Source: the human T2T-CHM13v2.0 reference genome, Homo sapiens
Assembly (NCBI RefSeq): GCF_009914755.1
Contig: NC_060931.1
Length of the DNA stretch: 64,000 bases
Direction: 5' to 3' (one strand)
Shown: piece after piece, positions 52,093 to 64,000 of the stretch
How positions within the stretch are numbered: position 1 is the first letter of the stretch
Layout: the number at the start of each line of letters is the position of its first letter
Position numbers and translations under genes: made by a program
Notes under the pieces: model-generated
The model's input: only the letters and a program-made list of their open reading frames with translations
What the model was told of the DNA's origin: nothing
The model's database searches: none

Positions 52093-53528
52093 CGAATTGT
52101 GTGTGGTTTGGGGAGATGCAGCCCCTCTATAAATGGCAGGAGAGTGACATAGGCCCTACTTCAGAGTTCTCAGGGAATCTGCCAAGTTAGGGCATGAAAG
52201 GTGTTTACAGCAGGGCCTGGCCCCTGGCAAGCACTCGAAAGATCCATCGCGACGAGGAAGAAATGAAAACTGACATGAGGCATGTGGCTTTTGAGGAGAC
52301 CACACAGACTTTCTAATGTGTCCCTTCTGACTCTTGGAGCATGGGAATTCTGACCAGCCTGAGGCAGGACTCCAGGAGGAGCCAATTGTGCCAGAAAACC
52401 TGCATCTCATGGGGCCCTGAGCCAGCCCGAGGAGGGAGATGATGCGGCTTCACCCGCCTTCCTTCTTGGTCCCGATTCTCCTCTCTTTGTGTTTTTGTTT
52501 CACTAAGGTTTCCGATTCATACCATGCCTAATGGGTAGGCTACTCACTTTGCTGATGCAAGGGTCTCATTCTCAACCCACTGGTTTTCGGTGGTACCATT
52601 CTCCTTCAGGCTGGCTCTATGTTCTTCATGGGCAGCGTCTCCACGGTCATGCACCATGCCACTGGCTTCTGGACCCCGAAGGTGCTATGGAGCCCAGCTC
52701 CATTCCACTGAGTCCAAAACTCACGAATACAGAGGCCACCAGCACTACTGAAATGCCAGCAGGGTGTGTCGGCATTTGGAGGGCCTTCCAGCAAAGCTTT
52801 GAACATGCTATAATTGCTCCAATATAACAAGTGATGTTCCAATTAATAAGATAATTTACAGCAATCCACAGTCTCTGCCACAGGTGGTTCTCTCTCCAAG
52901 AGGGCTGTCCCGGGACAGAACTGGACAATGCTTGAAGCTCTCATCTGTCCCTCTGCCCATAATTACTCCTGTCTCATAGGAAATAAATTTAAGAAATAAC
53001 CATTGTGCTCTGAGGGGAAGGAGGGAACAAACACTTGGGAGTTCAGAAAGACCTTCGCTCAAATAGACCAAATTGTCCTGATTTTACTCTACATTGTTTT
53101 CTTCCCCCAAAGACCATCCACTTAGAATGCACAACACAATATAAAAGACCTCCTTGTCTACAGCACTCAAGCCTCTCTCTAACCAGCAGTTCAGGGAGGG
53201 GGACCCACTGCTGAAGCTTCCCTCCTGCCCATCATCCACCAAGGTTTTCCTGATGATGAACATTCACTGAGGACTTCCCGACCCTCCCAGCTGTCCTGGA
53301 AGGAGGAGTCTCATTGGCATTCTACAAAAAGATTAAAGGCTAAAGAACTGTAAAAGCATCAAGCATCCCTCAGAACTGGTCCCTCAGCCCCAGGACCAGG
53401 GTCTGGGTACATTACATAGCCTTGACCTATAGAAGGAAGCTGATGCAACAGCAAAACCACAAACCAATGGGAAAGCACATGAGAGTGAAGTAGAACGGGC
53501 AAAAAAAAAAAAAAAAAAAAAAAGCAAA

Positions 53529-53900
<372 letters not shown>

Positions 53901-54559
53901 TTATGATTAGAAAAAGAAAAAAGAAAATGGTTTGTGAAAGCCTGTATATGACGAACATAAAACTGAGGGGAGTGCCTAAATATTCTAAGTTGCTGATAAT
54001 ATTTACCATGAGTCGAGTGCAGTGCTCAAGCTGGAAGGACTGGAGACCCCGCAGAATCACAGAAGCCCTACCCGGGGCATGAAGCCCTCTAAAGCCCTCA
54101 AGAGCAGCCTGCCTCCGCTCCCTGATTCCCTCTTACGGAGGCCCTCGGTGGCCACGGACCCTGCTCTATCTGGCACATGGCCAGTAGCACACTGCTGGAA
54201 CCGTGTCAGAGGTGAGGCTGTGTCTCATTCACTGTCACATCACCAGGGCTTCCTACATAGGAGGCCAGCAGGGAGGGGTCCCCTGCTGAGGATTCATTGC
54301 ATGGTAGGCACCCCGTCTCCAGCCCACCTGCAGCTCTGCACACCCTGGGCCGACCATGCAGCCAGTCTAGGGCTGGAGGTACCGCTCCTCGAGGCCTCAT
54401 GTGCCCAGTCCCCAGTTGCTTTTTCTCACGGAGCCACATTTCTGAAATCTGTGCATACCTTTTCACCCACAGTGCATCCTGTTTTACCTGGCACTGTTTT
54501 CCCTATCTTAGTGTCATATAAAATGACAGCTTTTCTGAGAATCCACCTATCTTCGAATC

Positions 54560-56170
54560 TTCAAAAGAAACCCAAACCAAAGAGGCCAGAAAGAAGTGGC
54601 ACATGCTTCCGGTACTGAAAGAAAAGAACTGTCAACTGTGAATTCTATATCCTGCAGAAATACCATTCAGGAATGAAGGAAAAATAAAGAAATCCAGAGA
54701 TGAAGGAAAATGAAGAGATTTTGTTGTTTGCAAATGTCCCAGTAGGGAATGGCCAAAGGAAATTTTCTAAACAGAATGAAAATCATAAGATTTGGAACTT
54801 CCAAAAGGAAAGAAGAATGTTCAAATGAGTCAAAGTAAGGGTAAATATAACAGTCCATTCTTCTCATGAGTTTCTTAAGTCACTTTTTATAGTTGGAGCA
54901 ACTAGCAGACATCATCACATGTGGTACTCACCATAAACGGATAAGATACTTCCAACAATTGTACTTTAAAAATGGGGAGGGTGAAGAAACTTAAATTGAA
55001 GTAAGATTTCTATGCTACGCTCCAAGTGATAAAATAATACAAGTAGCCATAAATAATGACAAGTTATGTATATACCAAGAGCGAGGACTAAAAAAACTAC
55101 AGGGAGGGATATACTCAAAAATACTATCAATAAATAAAGACAGAGTTTCCCCTAAATGATAAATAAATCCACAGTAAGGCAGGAAAAGAGAAACAGAAGA
55201 GCAGAAGACAGGAAGGAAAAAATCCGGAAAAACGTATGCACCCGGATTTTCTACTAAGAATTTATTTGACATTGACATCCTTGGTCCATCTGGAACTGAT
55301 GTTGGCATGTGTTATAAAAGGGATCCATTAACCTTTTCTACCTGGCAAACCTCAGCTCTATTTATGAGGCAGCTCCTCTTTCCCCTCCTGACCTGGCTGC
55401 CTGTTTTGTCTGGCACCAAAGTTCCAAGCATGTGCTGGTCTGTTTTGCACTTTCATCTGTTTGTTGGTCAATTTATCTGTCCTTGTACCAGCTCATGTTT
55501 ACCGAATTTTCTATCTTTGTGGTAAGTCCTCATTTCTAGTAGTTGTATACTGGCTACTGAGAATTTTTACTTTATTATATAAATTTTGAATCAGCTTATC
55601 AAGTTCCACAAAATAATCTGCTGGCACTCTGACTGGAATTAAATTAAGTACACAGATGAAATTGGGAGGGTCCAACATGTTTGTGACATTGTCTTCCTAT
55701 CCACAAACATGGCTTTCTCTCCATTTATTTTTATCTTTTTAAATGTCTCTTAACAGGGCTAGGCAAGGTGGCTCACGCCTGTAATCCCAGCACTTTAGGA
55801 GGCGGAGGCAGGCAGACCGCTTGAGGTCAGGAGTTTGAGACCAGCCTGGCCAACATGGTGAAACCCCATCTCTACTAAAAAGACAAAAATTAGCCGTGTG
55901 TGGTGGTGCACATCTGTAGTCCCAGCTACTCAGGAGGCTGAGGCCAGAGAATCACTTGAACCTGGGAGGCGAAGGTTGCAGTGAGCCAAGATCATGCCAC
56001 TGCACTCTGGCTTGGGCAACAAAGTGAGACTCCATCTAAATAAATGAATAAATATTTTTTAAAAGTCTCTTAATAAAAACTTTGAAAATCTTTGAAAAAC
56101 TTTGAAAAATGTCCCTGTTAAGAAAAAAATAGTGTCTTTTTAAATAGTCTGCGCATAACTGTATAATTCC
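54560..56170. mobile_element. Old L1M fragments in both orientations around an Alu
   Basis: Plus-strand ORF1-end-like aactgtcaac..gaattctatatcc...gaatgaagg; minus-strand ORF2-like ttttgaatcagcttatcaagttccacaaaa. Confidence 0.6.
55757..56060 (+). mobile_element. Alu (AluS)
   Basis: Full Alu; degenerate TSD AAATGTCTCTTAA / AAAAGTCTCTTAA. Confidence 0.93.
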
Positions 56171-57459
56171 TGTATCCCTTCAATTGTCACCAAGATATCC
56201 TTGACTTGATTTCCTCCAGTCAAGTGCAGCATGAGCTACAAAGGAAACTGGGACTTTTCTCGTGATGATAAATCTAGTAGGCAGCAGAAGTGATGGGACC
56301 ACTGGGAAAACTATCAAGGGAAACCAGACTTGGAGGAGTCAGCTTGGAAGCATGATGGACCGTGTGGTTTTGTGTATCCATTACTCCCATCAACAGATGC
56401 ACAAAGAGGGGTTCCCAAGACCCACATCTTCCAGAAGCAAGCCTTATCTTTGGTCCCATTTCCTTCTTACCTCCACAGAGCAGTAAATGAGTTCCATAGC
56501 ATTCTAGAAGCTTTTCTATCTGTACTTGGTCACTCAAGAAAGCCAGGCATCCCACTGGTGACCCTCGTCCTCCTGCCAGCTGAGCCCTCATTCCTCTATC
56601 TTCCACTCCACGTTTGTAAAACCCTGTTTAACTTTAATTTACTTGGGTGACCCGGTACCCACCTGCCTTCTCCACCCAGCTATCCATTCTACCTGAGGCT
56701 AATCAAGAATCATATGTCCACAGAGAACACTGCTCAAGGAAGGCCACAGGCCACTCTGCTATCTCGTGGTGGAACGAGAAGTTGACATTCCAGTGATTTC
56801 TTAGTCCTGCGTTCTTAGGTTATCTCCTGGTAAAATCACAGTGAGCAATGGGACGGAGCAAGAAGGCAGAGTGTGCTGTGTGACGGGGACCTTCTGGTCC
56901 CTTGACTCTTACTGTAAACTCATTCTGTTTACAGTCCCTCCTGATAGGAGGGAGAGGCCACCTGTCTCAGGTGAGCCTAATGTAAACAAAATGGGCATGG
57001 TATTCTCATCAGACCACAGGACTTCGAGCCATCCCAGACCTGTGTCTGACAGCAGTAAGACCACCTTCCATGCATCACACCCACCAGGCTTCCTGTCCTG
57101 ATCCTACATCAACTAGGCAGCTTGATTGCCTTGGATGTTATTTTTTTTAAAGACAGGGAAGTGGAAACAGAAGGGTAGAGGAGAGAAGGTCAAAGTGCGC
57201 AGCAGTTAGAACTATGTTGATGCATGGTCCTGGCTGCAAACTGCCTTTTTAGAACCATGCGGATTATCAGATCCCAGCTCCAACCACGGGAGCTTTCACT
57301 GTGCTTTTGGAGAAATGTTGCCATCAGTACAGGTGCCAATCTGAATGTCAACAGCTTTTAAATCACACAGCTCTTGGGACTGTTGTAAAATCCTGTTTAT
57401 ATGACACATATCAACTTTTCATATAAAGAAAGTAAAATGGAAATCAGAATTACAGCTCC

Positions 57460-57640
57460 CTTTCTCTGAGTGCCTACTATACACCAGGCACTCTGCTAAC
57501 CCACACATAGGTGTTATCTGATTTAATCCTCATACAAACATTTCCACATGCAAATCATCTTATGGATGAGGAAACAGATTCTGAAAAGTGAGGTTAAGAA
57601 GCTTATTCAAAGGAAGCCAACTCATCTGTTGGACTCAGAA
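57460..57640. mobile_element. MIR fragment
   Basis: tgagtgcctactatacaccaggcactctgcta...atttaatcctca...gatgaggaaacaga...gaggttaag. Confidence 0.75.
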
Positions 57641-59259
57641 AACTATGTTCTTTCCACAAGACATCCCTGCCTCCCACCAGCAGGGTCTGAGTCAGAACGC
57701 AGAATGTAATACAATTACTCTGCCCCTACAGGAGGACAAGGAACCTTCTGCACAGGTTTGCCCTGGGGATTAGGAAGGCACAGGTACTCTGGGAGCAACT
57801 TAGAGCCCTGTCACTGAGGTTCCCCCTTAGAGTGCAGGAAGCCCCAGCAGAAGACAGCACCAGGCTCCCCACGGGCCACCATGGCTACAGGTTGGCCAAG
57901 GGAGAAAATCACCCCTCTCTCGAAATAGGTGGACCAAAATTCTTTTAATCTCACCTCCAAAGTCAGAAAACTATGTCCGTCCTAACCAGACAATCTCTAA
58001 TACACTGACACGCATATGGAATTCATGAAAAATTACTAATGTATATAAAATACATTAAAAGGACAGGAAACTTTTGAAAAGATAGCATCTTCCATCAGCT
58101 GGAGAGCAATCCATCAATCCTGGAAGGGATACTGGGCAAGATTTTCAGCCTGGGAAGGAGAAGCTGGACCTTGAGCCACTTGGGCTTGTCTCAGAGCGGC
58201 TGCAGTGCTCGTTTCACAATAAAGAGCTCTGGGTTTTCCCCTCGCTCCCTCTTAATCTTCCCCATCCTTCCAGCTGGAATACACACACACACGCTGTGTC
58301 GGCTGCAGGGCCAGCAGAATCACAGGCCAGCCACGCAGAGGAGGGAGCAGATGCCCAGGAGGCCCACCCTGGGCCCAGGCGCCAGCCCTGCCCGTGCTAC
58401 CCCCAGTGCCTGGCTGACTCTCCCAGGGTCCCACAGAGCCCCAGCCCCAGTTCAGACATTTGGGAGGGAAGGGACAGTGAAGAAACAAAGCCCCTAGGTC
58501 CAGAAGCTCTGTTAACATAATCTGAGCAGGTTCTTTCAGTGAATGCATGGGTTTTTGTTTTTGTTTTTTTCAATGACATGAACTCGTTTAGAAATACTCT
58601 CTTTGCTTGCTTCAACCACAGAAGAGACAACAGTAAATCTCATTTTAGAACCCAGCGCCTGATCCTAACGCTTGCTTTCGGCATTTAGTAGAAACAACTG
58701 TGCTGGGTGCTCAGAAGTGCAGCCTTCTGGTCCTCTGAAGGTCCTGCTGCCCGCTGCCCGGGATCCCTCAAGGGCCCTGGAACTGGGGTGGGGGCGGTGA
58801 CAGCCCTGGAATGGGGCAGGCTCGCTTTATCAGTTTCAGTAAAGGAATGCACTGTGCTAGGAAGCAGTCCTGTTCCAGAAAAGCTGCACATCTGTAAACC
58901 AGGCTTTTGTTAGCCCTGAGTGAATCTCAGCAAAGACAAAGCATGACTTTCTTCTGGAAGGACTAGCCCTCCAGGCTCAAGGGCTGGGGCGTTTTGTCCC
59001 AAAGCCTTGGCGACTTGAGAACTGTCATCAAGTGACAAGGGGACTCTTGGAACAATCAGCCCTCCTCCCAAGTCCTGCCCAGGATTCCTGGCCCAGTGAC
59101 CTCTGCATCCCACCTCATACCCCTCCCCACCCCCCTCCACTGGAGCCCAGGAGATCAAGTTTCAGCAAGGGCAACTGGATCCGGGCCAGAGGCGCCAGGA
59201 GCACAGAAGACACCAGGCGTGTAGGGACTGAGCAGGAAGAAGCAATGAGTCCCAATGTA

Positions 59260-59660
59260 CAGCTTACCTGGCACCCAGGACCCTGGTCAGTCCATGGAAG
59301 GGCCTGGGAGGATGTGGGCCAGACAGAGGGAACTCCTTGGGCTGTGTCCCCAGCAGCCCTACGTGGTGAGCAGAGTCCCGAGTCCCTGTCCCAGCGGTGG
59401 CGTCCCCCACCCACCCAGGCAGGGCTCTGTGTTCCGGCCTGTCCCGAGGGAGTCGTGCAGGGGGCGGGGCGGCCACCTCCAAAGAGGCCCATTCAGAGGG
59501 CGGCCGAGAGAGCTCAGGCCCGGGAAAGAATCCCGGGATTGTTGAGCTGCTGCTGGCTGTCGCGGGCGGCCTGCCCAGTCAGTGCCTCCAGACGGCCCTG
59601 GCCCCGCCTTGCTCACTGCTGCGGTTTGCTTCCTTTTCATTTCTTTTCACTTTTTCCTCC
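59260..59660 (-). promoter_or_regulatory. CpG/GC-rich intronic element: candidate enhancer or internal promoter with a downstream splice donor
   Basis: GC boxes at 59461-59470 and 59601-59608, RUNX TGCGGTT at 59620-59626, ETS core at 59629-59634, GAAA repeats, and minus-strand donor CAG|GTAAGC at 59268/59267. Confidence 0.5.
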
Positions 59661-62600
59661 CCCAACTTTAATTTCTTGCAACCTCCCTGCTGAAACCCAA
59701 CCAGGCTTAGTTTCAGCCTCAGGCCAGCCATCACCCAAGGCACAAGCGGCAGGACCTGCCCACCATGCCCCCAAACCTGCCCCTCCAAAATCAAACCCCC
59801 ATTCCCCTGGGACCCCACACTCACAGCAGAGAGAGGCTTCCAGCAACTAGCCAGAGAGGAAGTGGAAGCCTGAACAGTCTCTAACAACAAGGATGTCCCT
59901 AGTCAGTCCTCTGCCCCCCACCCCGGCAGGAGCCTACACCCATGTCCCTTTCCTCTGGATGGGGCCATCTGCCTCTCATCTGGCCTGGCCACCAGGCTGG
60001 AAGCCTTTCACTCCTCAAGGCAGCCCAGGGGACCTTCCAATGCAAATCCCACCCTGTCACTGCACTGCTCAAACCCTGCAGGTTTTCTTCCGGGCCCCAA
60101 TGGGCTATAACATCCTGCCCAAACCCTGTCCTAGAGCCTGATTCTGGATCCCTCAGCCTGTTCTGCCTGGCTGGCACCTACTGTAGGCTGTTGGCAGCCT
60201 CTACGCACTGTGTCCCCTTTCTTCCATGTTCTTTGCTCATATGCTTCTCTCATCTAAAAGGCCAAACTCCTAAGCCAACTGCTGAAAAACTCCTATACAT
60301 TCTACAAAGCCCTTTTCAAGTGACCCCACATTTTTTTCAGCATTTGGAACACCATCTCCCTCAGTCAAGTCAAAGTGCTCTGTTCCCGTGACCCGAAATC
60401 TGACTATAACCCAGTCCACATGGCAGAACATAGGGGCCTGTCATGTGTCTGGGCCTTAGAGACACGGTACATTACTCAGGGTTTTCACAAGGGGAAGCAC
60501 AGAACAGACACTCACTCCTGGCTTCTCTTGTCTCTTGTGTCTGGCAAAATCCCACTCCCTCTTCAAATGCTGGTGTGTCACCCCTTCCCCTAGAAAGCTC
60601 TCCCTGGAAGAGCAGGTCCCCGTTCCTCCTGGGCTGCCTCCTTTCTTACAGCCCCTGTGCACGCCTGTGCTTCCAGCACAGCTTGCTGCCCAGCCTGAGC
60701 CGAGCCATTGGCCGGTCCAGCCCCTGCACGACCCTGGCACACTCATCAACCTGTGAAGAGTGGGCAGGTCAATGCCCTACCCCAAGAGGGACACGGCTTG
60801 CCTGGGACCCTCAGGGCCACCGCTCCGCACATGGGCCAGGAAGATCCCTGGGACCTTCCTCCCAAAGGTCTGAGTAGGCATTTCCTCCCTGGTTGTTTAT
60901 GTGTTGCAGAGCAGCAGCTCCTGCAAATGATGCTGTCGGAAATGCCTGACCACGGACAGAGCAGGCTCAGCGGAAGCGGATGGACTGGCCTTTCCCGTGC
61001 CTGTCACTCCCCAAGCAGAGAGGAAGGCGGCACGGGGCGGCACCAGCATGGGGCAGCCAGGCCCAGGAAGGGTGACTGTGACCAGGATGGCACTCCCAAG
61101 GGTGGGTCCCATTCCCTCCGTGGAACTGTGGGCTCAGTGACTCGGAGCAAACCCACAGGGATGGGCAGCAGGGAGGAGGAGGCAGGGCATGCTGCTTCTG
61201 TGCCCGTGTCACAGCCATGACTGGGACAATCCTGAGTGTGAATCTACAGATTTAAGCATCTTCTGGAGATCTGTTTATCTTTCCTCTCTTGCTTCTTTCT
61301 CCTCAGCTGCAGTGCCAGGGACTAAAGTGATTTCAAAGGTGGGCTCCAGGTGGCAGCAAGTCCACTGAGGAAAAAACATTTAAAAATTCTTCCCGGACAG
61401 TCTGCTCCCCCCACCCAAACACCCAGAGATCCCCGGGGACGACAGGACCTGGACTGTCCACATGTTGACTCTGCTACAGCCAGGACCACCCACTGCACCT
61501 TAGCAAAATCAAGCAGGGGTGCAAATCAGACACCTGGAAGAGGACAGCCCACCCCACCAGCCGGCAATGCCAGGTCTCCTCTCAGAAACACAGGTGCTGG
61601 TCTCACGCAGCTCCCACTCTGCGGGCTCAGGCCCTTTGCAGGCATGATGCACTCAGCTCCCTGGAGCTGAGAGACTGTCTCTCTCCTTCCACTTACCCAT
61701 CAGAAAACAAAACAAACTTTTATCCAGATCCTTCTCTGTGTTAGATGCCAGGAGTGTGATGAAGACTCTGCTCTGGAAATGTCCTGAGGCTGAGGGAGGG
61801 AGGGTGACACCAAATCCCAACCCAGGTCCCACTGGGAAGTCACATCCTTCAAATGCAGGTGAGAGCGAGGCAGCAGAAACAAAAGGACGGAGGGAAGGTG
61901 AAGCAAGGAGGGAGAGGAGGAACAGAGGGAGAGAAGGGGCAACAGGAGTTTCCCTTTCGGAGGAAGACACAAGCAGACTTGGTTGCCAGAGGGAGGTGAG
62001 AAAAGGGGCATTAAACCAAGGAGAAGGGAGGAGCTGGGGCGCCCAGAGAAGACACACGGGAAGGGATGAGCAAGTTTAAAGGTCTCGCAGCCTCCATAGG
62101 GGGCACGTCCTTCCTGAGACACGACCTGATCAGCTGGATGGAATTCTCCCTTAACACCCTCCCACCAGCCCGCACTGCCTGTCCACCAGCCTCACGGGTC
62201 CTACAGGGGCTGCATCCCATCACCTCCCACATCTCTGTCCCACCGGACTCGGGCGAACCTTATGTGTGCACACAATAAGAGGAACCCTGGACCAGCCCTA
62301 CTCCCAGCGATCAGGTGATCTGCAGGTACCTTTGAGGACTGGGCACATGACTTAGCAAAGGAACTTCAGATGCTTTATGTGAAAGCTGCCTCAAAGACGG
62401 TGCCACTCCTGCAAACTGTGAGTCTCTCTACTACATGCAAGGCAGTTCTCGAAGGCCTGGGAAGGATAGTCAGGGTGACCCACAGGTTCTGTTTTCAGCA
62501 ACAGGCTCTGCCCCAATAAAACAAAACTAAGAGGGATACTAGAATGCCTCCGAGGGACCAGGCACTGCAGACTGAGATCCTCAGCTTTATTCGAATGTAC

Positions 62601-64000
62601 TTGTTTGTTCCTGAGAATTACGTGCTGGCCAGCACCCCAGGGCGAGCTCTACTCTGGGGTTCTTGAGACTCAAGTGGAGTGCTCACTTGGGCATTGCGGA
62701 GAAGGAATTAAAAACAAACACAAAACACAAACCCTCCACAACCTCAGCGACACTGGGACTTCACAGTAACCCAATCTCATGCTCCTCTGGAAAAATCAAA
62801 TTCCAGTGAGCTGCTCACACCATCCCTCTGCCAGGTGACACATGGAGACCTGACCTCTGACGCCCATCGCACACTTGGTTGGCCCTGAAGCATCAGAAAA
62901 GTTTACTTTCATTCCAAATGATGGAATTCTCACTTGCCTGGCTTTCAGGATTTTTTGTAAACTTGTTCATTTGCTCTTTCTCTACATGTGTGCATATATA
63001 AGTGCATGGCCTGTAAGAAGTGCTCAGAAAGTGGCAAATGCCTCAATCTAGGCAGAGCCATAAATACCTGCACACATAACACACATATGTACCATATAAC
63101 ATGTCTACATATGTGTGTCACTAAAATGTGATAGAATTTAAACAGACAACAAGGTGGTTCCTGGCCTAAGTAGGACAGCCTGGCCAATGCCTATCTGTTG
63201 AGGAGGTACACTAATCTGGGGGGCACCTTGGTAATGCCCTCAAAGGCTCTGATGGGGCAGGCCCGGGCCAGTAACAAATGTCAAGAAGCAGACTACATAT
63301 TCCTTCTTCAGCCCTCTCAGTGACTCAAGACATCTGACCCTTCTGCAAGTCTCACAATCCCAGACCCTCCCAAGTGTGTCAAAAAGAATGGGTGCATTTT
63401 GGCCAGGAATCACAGCCTGAAGGGACAGTGGTAACAGGTGCTTCAGAGAAAATGCCCAGGCATTTTACCTCTTGACGCCCAGTGCTCTTGGGACACCACT
63501 GTGAGGCAGGCTGCTGTCTAGAGGGGATGGAACTGTGGGGAGGTGGATTACAAGGTGAGGGCCTTCGGAGGAAAGTAAAAATGCAAGGGATACCAGGTAA
63601 ATGCTTCCAGCAGGGAAACATCCTTGCACATTTTATATGCTGGGGCTTCATAAGCATTTTCTTCCAAGCCATTCCCAGTTCTAAGAGGCATCCTGCTGGG
63701 CTGAACTGCCTTTTCCTGTTCAAAGCAGCGAGGAGGAGACAAGCCCAGGCTCAGGCCCGAGCTGTGGATTCCGGATTCCACACCAGCCACAGGCTGCTTC
63801 AGAAGGGACCCCAGCCCGAGAGCTGCCCCAGGGCCAGGACCGCCTCCCTTCCTCAATCCCGGGATGGAGCACAATTCTCATAGACAATGGGGCTCAGAAA
63901 ATGCTTGAATAAGGAAGTGCATTTTGAATTTAAAAAATGAAATTTTAAGACAAATTTTTGTTACACTACCGTATTCACAGGCTGAAATTTTCATTTTTAA

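Noticed and set aside
53501-53523. A23 run (also an A-run at ~32933-32949) as a processed-pseudogene tail
   Set aside because: No recognisable retrocopy body or TSD upstream; treated as a simple homopolymer.
59032-59850. 272-aa plus-strand ORF
   Set aside because: Starts at a non-ATG codon (GTG), lies in GC-rich sequence where several frames on both strands are open, is Pro/Arg/Gly-rich and has no recognisable domain.

Overview
Primate (human-like) genomic DNA containing the 3' part of the tensin-3 gene (TNS3) on the minus strand. I reconstructed 11 GT-AG coding exons (36302 down to 9375; 1688 nt, frame-consistent, about 562 C-terminal aa). They encode a Ser/Pro-rich region, the SH2 domain and the PTB domain, and end in ...[10 protein letters not shown] 3' UTR of about 2.9 kb follows, with AATAAA at 6469-6474. 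Positions 36303-64000 belong to one large upstream intron, and 1-~6450 is downstream intergenic DNA. The non-coding DNA holds nine Alus, L1 fragments, MaLR LTR elements, MIRs, DNA-transposon MITEs and tandem repeats. I see no new gene or biological system. The most interesting leads are hypotheses about TNS3 isoforms and regulation: a candidate intronic promoter and first exon that would give an SH2-PTB-only isoform, an intronic read-through with a poly(A) signal that would delete SH2-PTB, a possible stop-free circRNA, a 12-bp-periodic E-box array and miR-200-family sites. Several transposon events can also be resolved. Repeat subfamily names come from recalled consensus features, not from a RepeatMasker run.
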